From Cenococcum geophilum (taxonomy: Eukaryota), in assembly GCA_050273025.1 (NCBI GenBank), contig CP158635.1, forward strand, positions 5,208,001 through 5,272,000: a stretch of 64,000 bases of DNA, in the 5' to 3' direction. The notes below the pieces were generated by a model. It did not search any database and had not been told where the DNA came from. It saw nothing but the letters and a program-made list of their open reading frames with translations. Below, piece after piece: positions 26,001 to 37,392 of this stretch (positions are counted from its first letter, which is position 1; every line of letters starts with the position of its first letter). The position numbers and the translations under genes were made by a program.

Positions 26001-28173
26001 ACGGCATATTTACCGGGACAATATCTTATTACTATCGGCACAACAGCAGCTCACCCTAGTAAATGAGATTAATTAATTAACTAATTAAGGGCTACCTCCT
26101 ACTTGTGCAATAGTCCGAAACTTTGCTAAGAATATAGTTAAAAAACGCCCTGGAAAAAATTGGGCGTATAAGTTTATTAAGCGGCATTAAAAGGTCTTAA
26201 AATCTGGCTTCCTAGTGGCGGCAGATTTAAGCCATAAAAAGGCGGATAATGCATATTAATATACTCTTTATTTTAAGCTGGTTTGTAGCCTCCTAAATAC
26301 TAGTATTTATACTAATATTTTAAAGGTTTGGGCTAAAATTAAGCAATATAACGTCCTTCCGCAAAATATATATAATATAGATAAAAAAGGCTTCCTAATT
26401 AGCATCCTTTAGAAAGTAAAGAGGATATTTAATAAGGATTTAGAAAAGAGGGGTAAATTAATTAGTACTAGCTAGGATGGCAATCGTGAATAGATTATAT
26501 GCATGGCAACAATCTGCATAGATGGGATATATATTCCACCCTCCCTTATCTACTAAGCCATAACGGGCAACATCTAAGATACCTAGCTTAACGATTTTAA
26601 GCCTACTGAGCTAGATACGGCCTATTTTATAAGTTTACCTTTAGGGTGGACAAATAACGAGCTAGGGATAGCGTAGTTAATTACTATTTTTAATTACTAT
26701 ACTAAAGTAAAAGCTAGGCACGGGCGTAACTGGCGGCTTCTCTTTATTAACAGGTATAGTAGCCACGTTAATATACTATTTTTAGACTAGTGCCTTAAGC
26801 ATAGGATCCTAGTAGCAGTATACCCCCCCTATTTAACTTATTAACTCTAGCCTCTAGACATTAGCCTTTTTAACCCTTTAGTAAACTACTACTCCCAGGA
26901 GCTTAATAAATAGATCTATAATACGGTAGGGCTTTACCATATTACAAAGAGAGAGTTTTACGGCTTATTTTAAGCCGCCTAGCGACGTACTTTTATAGAA
27001 ACTAATATTCTTAGCGGCTGGCGTAAAACCGGCTTATAGCCCCTAGATCTAGACCTAATACTTAACTAGGTTAAGCTAGCGGCCCCTAAGCGGCCCAGTA
27101 CGAGTGGATCTATATTATCTACATCGACTATATACTTAGTATTAAATATCCGTTAGGTACGGAGACTTATAAAGTATATTAGTAGTACTAAGCCGTTATA
27201 TAATGCGGCTAAACTAGATAACTTAGTGGAGAAGATAGTAGCCAAGAACAGCATTTTATAAGCCCGAATTAAGGGGCTTAAGAATGCTATTATTATTAAG
27301 AAGAAAAGGCGAAAAAGAGGGAAGCTGTATATTAAGAATATTTATATAATAAATAAAGGTAAAGCTACCTTCTAGTTACTAACTAAACTTAAGACTACAA
27401 AGCAGGCTATTAGGGACGAGAAGGCTATAAAATAATAAATAGCGCTAGAGAAAGCCTAGGGAAAAATTCAGAAATAGGAAGAGAAGAAAAATAATAAGAA
27501 AGTAGTAAAACAAAGGCGTTAAGATCGGGAGAAGTTAGTACGGCAAAAGAAGTAGGCAAAAGACGATAAAACTGCTTAACGTTTAGCCTCATTATAGCTT
27601 AAAAGAGACTTATAATAATAAGTTTAGAGCCCTCTAAAGTAGTTTAGAGGCTCACCGTTAAAGAAACGGGTAATAATAATGGTGGAGTCTAGTGATAATA
27701 AAGAGGTAGTAAAAATCCGAAGCCCGCGGCTTTAGCGGCAGAGAAACGCGCCCGCTTACCTAACCGACTATATAGTTAGATAGAAGTTTCGTATAGTATT
27801 CCTAGTTATAACTTTAAAATTTAAGCCTATTTAATGCAGTAGTTAAATTATTATTAATTAATTAGAGTAATGCGTTGTTTAAAAAAATGTGGTGCAAGCC
27901 GTAGGGACGTGCACGCTGGCGGGAGACCTTCTAATAGATATTAGTGGATTATAGCGAATAGTTGCAGATAGTCGTAGATAGTCGCAGACAGTTTTATGCA
28001 GTTCTAGATAGTTGCCGTCACGTGACCAGAGGATCGTATAGAACGTCGAGCGGCGCCGCCCTCCGTCTCCTTTCCTCTCTCTAGCTTTAGATCCTCGTTT
28101 ATAGACTACCAATCGTATAGGCTTACGCGTCCCTCTTGCCGTGCTCGTGCCTCGATTGACTGAGTCGCTAACA
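20004..28173 (+). mobile_element. Ty3/Gypsy chromovirus B1 nested in the A1 integrase 3' region
   Basis: 5' LTR 20004-20280, 3' LTR 25745-28173 (interrupted); TSD ATCTC; PPT AGAGGGGGAA before 25745; degraded gag zinc knuckle, RT (AYLDD at ~23210), RNase H, integrase and chromodomain. Confidence 0.92.
25782..27931 (+). mobile_element. pogo/Fot1-like (Tc1/mariner) DNA transposon inserted in the B1 3' LTR
   Basis: Perfect 31-bp TIR GAAGGTCTCCCGCCAGCGTGCACGTCCCTAC; TA TSD; RIP-degraded DDE_1 motifs (YNMDEKGF-like, DGNREWI, GWTNNELG, QPLD). Confidence 0.93.
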
Positions 28174-29076
28174 ATCTCCTACTTAAAAATCTATCTTATG
28201 ACGATGTTAATTTACATCGGACTCCTTCTCTTACGCCTTTTTTATAATTGTTTACGCGGTCTCCTAGGCTCCGTATATTCTCTTAGCAAATACCTAGGCC
28301 TCTTCACGGCTAAGGCGTTTATAAGCCGTAGTGGGTTCGGTAGGCCTATCCCAATTAAAGGATATTTGGGGTGTATACCCGTTAAGCAGTTTAAATGGCG
28401 ATATCCCTATACTATTATAGGGGAGTATAAGCTGCGCGTAGTCTATTATAGGTAGTAATTCCAACTCGTTGTCCTAATAGTAGTCTATAAAGGGGCGTAG
28501 TCGCTAGTTAAGATATTGGTTTATAATCTCGGTTTAGCCGTCCATCTAAAGGTAGAATATAGTAGAGAGTTTAATCTTAATCCTAAAGATACGGCAGAGT
28601 TTATTTTAGAAATCTGATATAAACTAGGGACTATAGTTAGAAATAATTAATTTAGGGGCGCCGTAGAATTAATAGATGTTGTTAACGTAGAGGCGGGCTA
28701 TATCCTTCGCAGTTATAGTCTTAAAATAAGGGAGGGAGACGGATTATTTATATAGCCGGTTAATTACTATAAAGGCCACATTATGGCCGTAGGCGTCCTT
28801 TAGAAACGACTTAAAGTCTATTATAATATATTGCTAAGAGCATTTTAGAATAGGCAGTAGTCGTAACTACTTAGGGGTTTAATCCCTAGGAGTATCTACG
28901 CGTTTATAGGCGTAGTAGTTTTTAATAAATCGTTCTATATTAGATAGAAGTCCTTACTAGTAGTAACGGGGCGCTAATAGTTAGTGGGTTTTATCTTAAC
29001 TAGGGTGTGCTATAGAGACTTAATAGTGAGCTTCGCGGATTAGCTTTGTTCGTAGGTTATTAATATCTAGGACTAT

Positions 29077-29291
29077 TGTAGTGGGGTAAAATGGGCCACT
29101 GTTTAGTGCCTTGGCATTTTCCTGTATATATCGAGCCTTCGGCTTCTCTCCTTCTCCCTATCACGACCTACCGGAATACATTCTTTCCTTTCTTCTTACT
29201 GACTGCTTTCCTACTAATTGATTACGACTAACGACCGACAGACAGACAGCACTGTGACTTTCCTATCTGAGAGTGGTCGTACCCTCCCACA
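29077..29291. mobile_element. Solo LTR (215 bp) inserted in A1 pol
   Basis: TG...CA ends; flanking duplication CTAT; removal restores A1 sequence matching A2 at ~52261; much less TpA-rich than its flanks. Confidence 0.8.
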
Positions 29292-32200
29292 CTATAAGCC
29301 GTTTTTAGTATAAAAGTAGTCCTTTTTCTATTTTTAAATTAGGGTTACCTTTTATGGCTTAATTACGGAGGGCTTTTAGGGAGTTAGCTGTGCGGTTTAT
29401 AGTTCGGATATAGTTAACTAGCCCAATTAGTTTATTTAAGACTTTTCCTTCTAAGGGTGCTAACTTATTCCGTTTAGAGTCTATTTTTTTTTTAAGAATT
29501 TGCGAGTTAAGCTGTTTGGGGTAGAGGAGGGCGCGCGTCCGGTATTAGGTCTTTAGCTTATCCTAAGGTTCTACATCTTATTCCCTTTAGGTTAATATAT
29601 TAGCTTTAGTATTTTGCTTACTAGAATAATATATAATTATAAAGAAGAATTAGGAGAGTATTTCGGCCTAATAGGCTTATTATTTAGTAAGTTGCTTTAT
29701 AGTTATAAAATACTCTAGGGCTTTATAATCCGTATATATTTTAATCTAAAAGTTAGTACCTTTAAGCTCTACACGCTATTAGGACAACGATTAGATAATA
29801 GCTAGCATTTATTTATTATATACTTTATAGTTATACTTAGCTAGGTCCATTATTTTTAAGAAGAAGGCAATAGGGTACTATTCGCCGTCTAGGCATAGCT
29901 ATAATAGGATTTCCGCTATAACTCTATTAGAAGCGTCTGTTTCTAGCATTAATTTAAGGTCCAAATTATAGTAACGAAGGATTAGAGCAGAGATAAGTCG
30001 ATTTTTTAACTCCCTAAAGGCTTCTATATAGTCATTATTAAAGATAAAAGGCGTATCTTTCTAGGTAAGTTATATAAGAGGCTTTACTACCATTCTATAG
30101 TTATGGATAAACTAATAATAGAAGTTATAAAAGCTAAGGAAGGACTGGATCCCTTTTGCGGTATAAGGGGGTTTCTAGTTATAGATTGCTTTAACCTTCT
30201 CTAAATTAACTTTAATTCCGTCTATAGTAATAATAAACCTAAAATACTTTATACCCTAAATTTATATTTCTTAATATTAACTTATAAGCCTGCGTTCCGT
30301 AGTATCTTTAAAACCTTTTTAATATAAACCTAGTGCTCTAGTTTATCGTCTAAGTATATAATAATGTTATCTAGGTATACCGTACAGAATTTGGTAAGGT
30401 AGTTAAATAGGACGTTATTTATATACCTTTAGTACGTAGTAGGCCTATTTATAAGTCTAAAAAGGAGGACTTTATATTTATAGGACCCGTAACGGGTACG
30501 GAATATTATTAAGTCTTTAGAAGTAGAATCTATCTAAATTCGGTAAAAAGCTTAACGGATATTAAGTTTAGTAAAGATCTTTACCCGGCTTAGACGTGTA
30601 AGGGTCTTATTAATTAAGGGGAAAGGGTACTAATCCTTTTAGGTAATAGCGTTTAACTTCTAATAGTCAATACAAAAGCGTAGGCCTCTATTAGGCTTTT
30701 TTATAAATAAAATAGGTAAAGTAAAAGGGGCTTAACTTAGCTCAATAAACCCTTTATTAAGGTTATTAATTAAGTACTGCTTTATTGCTTTTAGCTTATC
30801 TATTAATTATTAGTAAAGGGGGCTAAAGCCTAACAAGTTATTGGCTTCTAATTAAATCTTATAGTTATATGTCTAGTAAAGTAGTAGCGTATTTAAAGCC
30901 GCCTTTAAGAATGCGTCCTTATAATCTGCGTAGATAGTAAAAAGGAGGCGTTTAACTAGTTCCTCGTTGGTTTCCTTAGCTAGCTTTTCCTCCCTATTAT
31001 TAATAATTTAATTAATCTTATATAGGCTTGTTATAAAGACCTTATTATCTTTTTGGTATATTTTAAAGTAGAACGCTATAGCGCTAATTGCGGTAATATC
31101 TACTATAGGGGGGCTATATAATAATAAGGACGTACGCGACTTTAGGGGCTTCTGGGGTATTAGCGATATTATTACTCCTTTTAGCCCCTATTATATCTTA
31201 TTAGTATATTCTTTTCTATACCAGTTAAATCTACGCGATTTAGACATTATCTATATTACTATCTATCCCGCTTCTATATGTAGAGTTTTCGTTAACTATA
31301 GCGCTTTAGGAAAGTATCTTCACTAGTATAAAAGAATTCCTTCCGGCCTCGCGACAGGCATCTTCTTAGGTAAAGGCTAGGTTACAATCGGTCACATTCT
31401 GCTAATAGGTAGGGTTAGCTTTCGCGGCTAGTGTCTTACGGTTAGTTCGGATTTCCCTAATAAAGGAGGGTAATTTTAGTCTATCCTCTAACCAGACGAA
31501 CTATCTTTACCGTATATTTAACTAAATATTAAAGTAAGATATCTATTTTTGGCTAAGGATTATATTATAGGAACCTAGGTCTAGAATATAAAAGGGAATG
31601 CCGTATTAGCATTGTCTATTAGGGAGATATATAACTTTAAGACGTGGGTAACCGGCTTGCCGGCTTAACCGTTATAGCCTTTTACTTAAATAGGCTTCTC
31701 TAGTTAAGTAGCTTTTATATTTAGAAACTTGGCAACGTTAATTATATAGGTAGTATTTATAAAGGCAAAGCTATTTACTCTAGTATTAATAAGGGCGGTT
31801 AAGTTAACTCTATATCTATTTTAAGATACTATATATAGAACTATAAAGTATTTTCCACTCATTAACTAACTTAGATTAATCTCTTTAAGATTAATAAGAT
31901 ACCCTAGGGGGGAGTCTTTCCGTAGGGTTCTTTTCCTAACTTATTAGACGTTTCTCCTTCCTCTATCTTCTTAATATTGCCTATATCCTTTAGCTCTAGG
32001 TAAGATAAGGTAAAGTAATCCTCTTTATTACAGTTATAGCATATAGCCAAGGTAGGGTTAATTAGGGTATTGCGACGAGTACTAGTTGGGGGTGTAGTAC
32101 GTAGCTAGTCAGGCGAGGCTCGCTAGTGCGTAAATGTGACCGCTTTTAGTATAAGAGCGGTTATAGCTTATCTTCCTACTCTAGCTCCTATAGGTGTAGC

Positions 32201-35080
32201 TAATAAGTTTTAATTATTCTAGGGTTGCTTCTGCCGATTAGGGTAGGCGTTAATTCGCTTTAGTTCTAAATCTAATAATAGGTAATAAGTTGCGAGTCTA
32301 TTGTATAATAGAAGGTTATTTAAGGTTATAGCGATCTTCTCTTATAGCTAGATTATTAGCTTATTATATAGGTCTAATTAGTAGTTCTTAAGGAGAACCT
32401 AGCCTTCTCCTGTAAGGTATAGGAATTAAGTTTAGAATTTAGTAAAGGGTTAGTTTGGTTTTATTATTAGGCGATTATAGTTATACTAGGCGTCCTATAC
32501 TTTATTTAGGTTAATATAAATAGCCGCTAGGTGCTGTATTATCTCGTTAACAGATATAAATTAGATAGGGAAATTGTCCTCAAACTTAGCTTAAAGGTAT
32601 TATTAGGCGTCCCCAGTAGTTCGACCAAAGAGGTAGAGTATTTTAGCTTCTTTAGAAAGGAAATAGTTATAGTTAACGCGGAGCTTTCCTTATACTTAGA
32701 TCCTCTAATTCTTAAAGGTAGGGTTTATCCTGTTAGATAGTAGTTAGGGGTTAGGGAGCTTAACGGGCTTTAATTACTTCGTTATTATATCCGTACTCCC
32801 TAGTGTATTATATTTAGTAGAGTAAATAGGTTAGCTAAGGCTTTAAGAAGGGGAAGCTAGGCTATTTTATAGGGCTATAAGGCTTTCTAGGATCTCTTAT
32901 AGGGTCTCTTATATATTTCTTACTTTAAGATAATTAGCTTTCTAGCTAGCTACAAAGGCGCAAATCTACTCGCGTACGTTTATAACGTTATTATTATCTT
33001 TAATTTCTGATCCTAATTAGATCTTAGGTTTCTCTTAGGTAAAGGCAGCTCTCTTAAATAAGCTTGCTTTAGGTGCCATTATTAGCTTCCTAGGGTTCGT
33101 TGGTATTATATACTTTAGTTTTAATTCTAGGGGTATAGGTTTAGTCCTATCTAGCTTATAAGGTAGGATATTATTTAGGCCTTCCCAGGTAATATAGAGT
33201 TGTTTTAGTGTCTAAGTATAGCGCGTTAACGCGTTGTTATAGACGAAGTTTTCTTTTTAGGGTGGGATATTATTAAGGCCTTCCTAGGTAATATAGGGAG
33301 AGTTTAGTATAATATAACGGCTTGTATAAATGCCTCTAAACTAAAGCTTGTGGATTGCTATTTAATAAAGATACTAAGCTAAGGAGAAGGAAAGGGGGTC
33401 ATAAGGGCCGGTGTTAATAAATAAGTAGCGTAAGCCGCTAAGGCGCTAGCAGTAGACGAGCTAATAGTAGGTGGGCTAATAGTAAGAAATAGTACTAGAT
33501 AGTATATAACAATACTAGACAGTATATGGCAATACTAGATAGTATATAACAATACTAGATAGTATACGGAATATAATAGGTAGTAGAATATAGCAGAACT
33601 TAGTAGGTAATGCGCTCTAGCACCATTATAAGTATTATATTTACGGGTATTATAAGGCAGTTATAGCGCCAGCTAGCTATAAAATCGTTTTAATACTAGC
33701 TAATAGTATCTAAGGCTGCTTTTAGATTATCCTTAACGCCATTAATACCGTATACTATATTCTTAATAAAATCTTTTAGCGGTAATATATTATATAGGGT
33801 AGTACTAGGATATTCTTTAGTATATCTATATAGGAAAGAGGTAAAGAGGTAAAGTAGGGTAAAATCCGGCTACCGTAGTACGTTAATTATAACTTACTAG
33901 TTCTATAGCTCTACCCTCCTCTAGTAAGCTCTCTCTATCTTTAGCTTAAGAAGCTTTTAAACTTTAGTGCCATTAATACCCTCCCTACTTTACTTAAAAC
34001 CCTTCGCCCTTACTATAGTAAAAAACTAGCAAGGGTTTTTCTTTTTTAGTATTTTATAGAGAATATATAAGGTAAGTAGAAGTTAGTATAAGAAGGAAGG
34101 GAAGAAGGAATATAAAGATAAACCTAGAGAAATATATAGGTGGAAAAGCCAAGAAATAGCAACTAAAAGAAGAGAGGATAGAAGTTAAATAGTAGGTAGG
34201 TAAAATAGAGCGAATAAATACAGCTAAAAGGAGGTCTTATAATAAGAGGGATAATGTACCTCCTCTTTAACTAAAACCTTTAGGGACGCTATATTATAAA
34301 ATAGATATAGCTTAGGATGGACAAATACTCTATTTTAAGGAAGGCCTAGTTTTAAGAACCCCGGGGGCCCTAAACGCGGCCCTATAAGATTATTATATAG
34401 AGTTAACAATTTGTATTATAAGGACGTAGCACTTTTAAGGAATTATTAGTTGCTAAGAGCAAGAGCGTAACTAAGTAGCCTAAGTAGGGCCTAAGCAGCG
34501 GGTAACGTAAGGGTACTATAAGAGTATATATTAGATCCCGCCGCGCTTACAATAAGTTCGCAAGCACTCTTAGTCTTTTTAGCCATATGGCGACGTGAGG
34601 CGGGACACGTTAGAAGTGCTTAGCGCCTAAGTAAAGCGGTAGAGTCGGATTTCGCCAAGGGGAGTTTTGGTCTATAAATACCTAGGTACTTAATAGTAAG
34701 CGTATTAAGGATTGTTCGTGTTAGCAATGTACAATATATATTAGACACGTAATAGGAATTTTAATAGAAGTACTCTAAAAGTTCTAGTTATACTATATAT
34801 ATAGTAGCAGACTTTTAGAGGATAGGCTAGATAGACCTCTTAGATAATAGACCTATTAGCTAATAGTATCTGGAGACTATCCGGATAGTCTTCAGATAGT
34901 CTTAGCAAAATCCCCTTAATATACTTATACTTGTAATATACCCCCTAATAGTAAATAAAAAAATTTTAATAAAAATTTATAGAGCTTATAAAGCGCTTTA
35001 AAATAGTACTACTTTTATTTAAATATCCTAAAGATAAGTAATATTATATAGATATAAAGCTTATAAGAGTTCTACGGAAT

Positions 35081-35328
35081 TGTCACGGGACTTATACGTT
35101 CTCACGTCCCTGCGCGTTTTGACATTCTTAACCCGTGCTCACGTTCGTCCTAAGACACCTACGCACGTTCCCCTACAACCCCTATTTATACCCGTACCTA
35201 ACCTATTCTATTCTATTTTTTATCTAAATATCTTTATATTAACCACGCATAGTTACGCGTACGTAGCCTTCTTCAATTACTACCCCGTTTAGTACATTGT
35301 ATTCTAGCTTATACCCACTTCCGTAACA
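35081..35328. mobile_element. Solo LTR (248 bp)
   Basis: TGTCACGG...CCGTAACA inverted termini; 5-bp TSD GGAAT. Confidence 0.9.
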
Positions 35329-35349
35329 GGAATAAGGCTTAGGGGGAGC

Positions 35350-35500
35350 CGCGTATAAAGCTCCGTAAAAGCTCTATATAAGCTCTATACAAAGCTCTAC
35401 GTATAAAGGCTCTATATAAAGCTCTATATAAAGCTTTTATATAGAGCTTCTATAGTAGAGCCGTTATATATAGAGCCTCTGTATAAAATACTATATATAA
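35350..35500. repeat. Degenerate ~12-bp minisatellite (AAAGCTCTATAT)n
   Basis: Directly visible tandem units. Confidence 0.6.
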
Positions 35501-37392
35501 AAATTAAGATAGTAAAAAAAAAGAGGATACCTAGTAGTTAAATTTAGTAACTTTTATCTATTCCTTATTATCCTCCAGTTCTATAATCTAACCCTTACCC
35601 TTTAGTACTTTTACTGCCGCCGCTATAGGCTAAGAATTTTTATTGTATAATAAACATTAAGTGTTACGGACCTTATATCGGCAGTAGTAGAACTACTAAA
35701 AAGGGATATAAACAGACTAGTGGTGGAAGCACGGGAGGCGCTAAAACTAGTAGAACTATGGGATAAGGGATAGCTAAGTTATATAATAAGTCACGAGAGG
35801 AGATCTGTTAATCTATAAGATCTGTAAGATCTATCCACGTACCTTACGTACCTTACGTACCTTACGTACTTAGTATTTCTTAGGCGCAGTATTGTGTATT
35901 TAAAGGACTATAGTCCCTACCTAGATAGTTCTCTTCTTTATAGTAAATCTTAGAATATAATTAGAGTTAATCTTTTAGGCGACTACTCTACTGGTTATTT
36001 ACGTTATTAACTAATCTATACCTATATACCTAGCCTATTAACAAGTCTACCGTAGTATTTCCTATAAGGCTTTATTATACATTCACTACTAAGGATATGA
36101 TAAAAAAAGTTAAATAATATGCCACCAAAAGCAGCAGCTATAACGCCGTTAACGGCAGCAACTACATCGGGATTAGGTAACGACACTAGTATAGCAAATA
36201 CTAACTCTTAGCTAGTTACCGTTAGACAGCTATAGGAAATAGTTAATTAATTAATAGATAATAATAGGATATTTAAAGAAAGGATTAATGGAATCGGAGT
36301 AGCTAAGGTTAAGTTACCCTTAATTAAGCGATTCTTAGGGGAGAAGTTAAAACTTAAAGGATTCCTTATGTAAATGCACTTTAAGGTTATATAGAAAGGA
36401 GTAAAACTAGGAACGCCTATAGATTAAGTCACTTACGTAGGATTGTTCTTAATAGGAAGGGCACTTAAGTAGTTTAAACTTTACCTTATGGAGGTATAGG
36501 AATACGGTATAATAACCACTAACTAGGAGGTACGGTATATATTCTTAAGTTAGAGCAGGTTCGTAGAATACCTAACGCAAATATTTAGAGACCTGGAGGT
36601 AACTACTACGGCGAAAAGAAAACTTTAAAACCTAGTATAAAGGACTTTAGCAATTAAATCCACGACGTAGTTTTAGATATTAGCTATATAAGTTAAATGG
36701 AACAATAAGGCGCTTATAGTATAGTATAAGCAAGGACTTAAAGCGAAAGTTTAGGATATAATTATTCTAATAGAAGATACGGATACTCTTAGGGATTTAA
36801 TTAATTAAGCAATTAAGATTAATAATAGGATCTACTAAAGAGAGCAGACTAAAAAGGGTTAGGATAGAGTTCTATAGTTATATAAAACGCAAAGTACGTA
36901 ATAATAAAGTTAAAGTTAAAAACTATAGTATAGCGCAGAGCTAATAGACCTAAGTAGTACTAAAGAAAATAAGAAATAGAATAAACGACTATAGAAACCC
37001 AGAGAATAAGGATTAAGTAATTAAAGGTTTAAGAAGTAAAGGCTAAACTAGGGATCTTAATAGTAGAAGACATTTAGGCGAACTCTATAGTAAGAAAAAT
37101 GGTTTAAAGAAGAAGCTTATATAAATTATAAAAAACAAGAATATTTTATTAGAGATTATAGAAGTAGGTAAAGTTACTATATAGTAAAAGGAATAAGACT
37201 AGTAGACAATATATATAGATAGAAGGATAATAATATGCTACGGGGAATAAAAGAATGTTTAATTAAAAGTTTCGCGTTTTGTTATAATAACGTATACCAA
37301 ATTTATAAGGACGCTAAGTATAGCGTAAGCTATTGGCTATAGGAGCCAAAATTATTAGAGTTTAGAGGAACTAATAAACTATCTCGTAAATC

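Larger units (their letters stand above)
19122..33630 (-). mobile_element. Ty3/Gypsy chromovirus A1 (RIP-degraded; gag-PR-RT-RH-INT-chromodomain)
   Basis: LTRs 19122-19459 (3') and 33313-33630 (5'); 5-bp TSD AGTAT; reverse-complement PPT at ~19460-19485; degraded YLDD, ETDAS and chromodomain motifs on the minus strand. Confidence 0.92.
18490..34052 (-). pseudogene. RIP-inactivated, 3'-truncated DUF3435 tyrosine recombinase (Starship captain-like). Coding pieces 34052-33631 and 19121-~18490, split by Gypsy A1
   Basis: Removing A1 at TSD AGTAT gives spliced translation LKDFIKNIVYGING..Y*NDFIASWR..IPVNIILLVIN|FIKGPLANKL..KRP*RF..RVNN*VDL.AIIYSST*ISKYIKSSY*AGFS*GLYYR|DIKFVVFYNEYRNVEFAI*VIKDTKG. 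Reversing RIP yields the recalled DUF3435 motifs SSARIGEYIESSCRAGSGRGLYYRD and VFRNEHGNAEFA.Q..KDAKG. Confidence 0.8.

Noticed and set aside
27879..28455. ORFs 27879-28112 and 28141-28455
   Set aside because: Chance frames across LTR/TIR and antisense A1 integrase sequence.
34060..35660. Exact Starship left boundary
   Set aside because: No direct or inverted repeat pair could be identified without an empty-site comparison.
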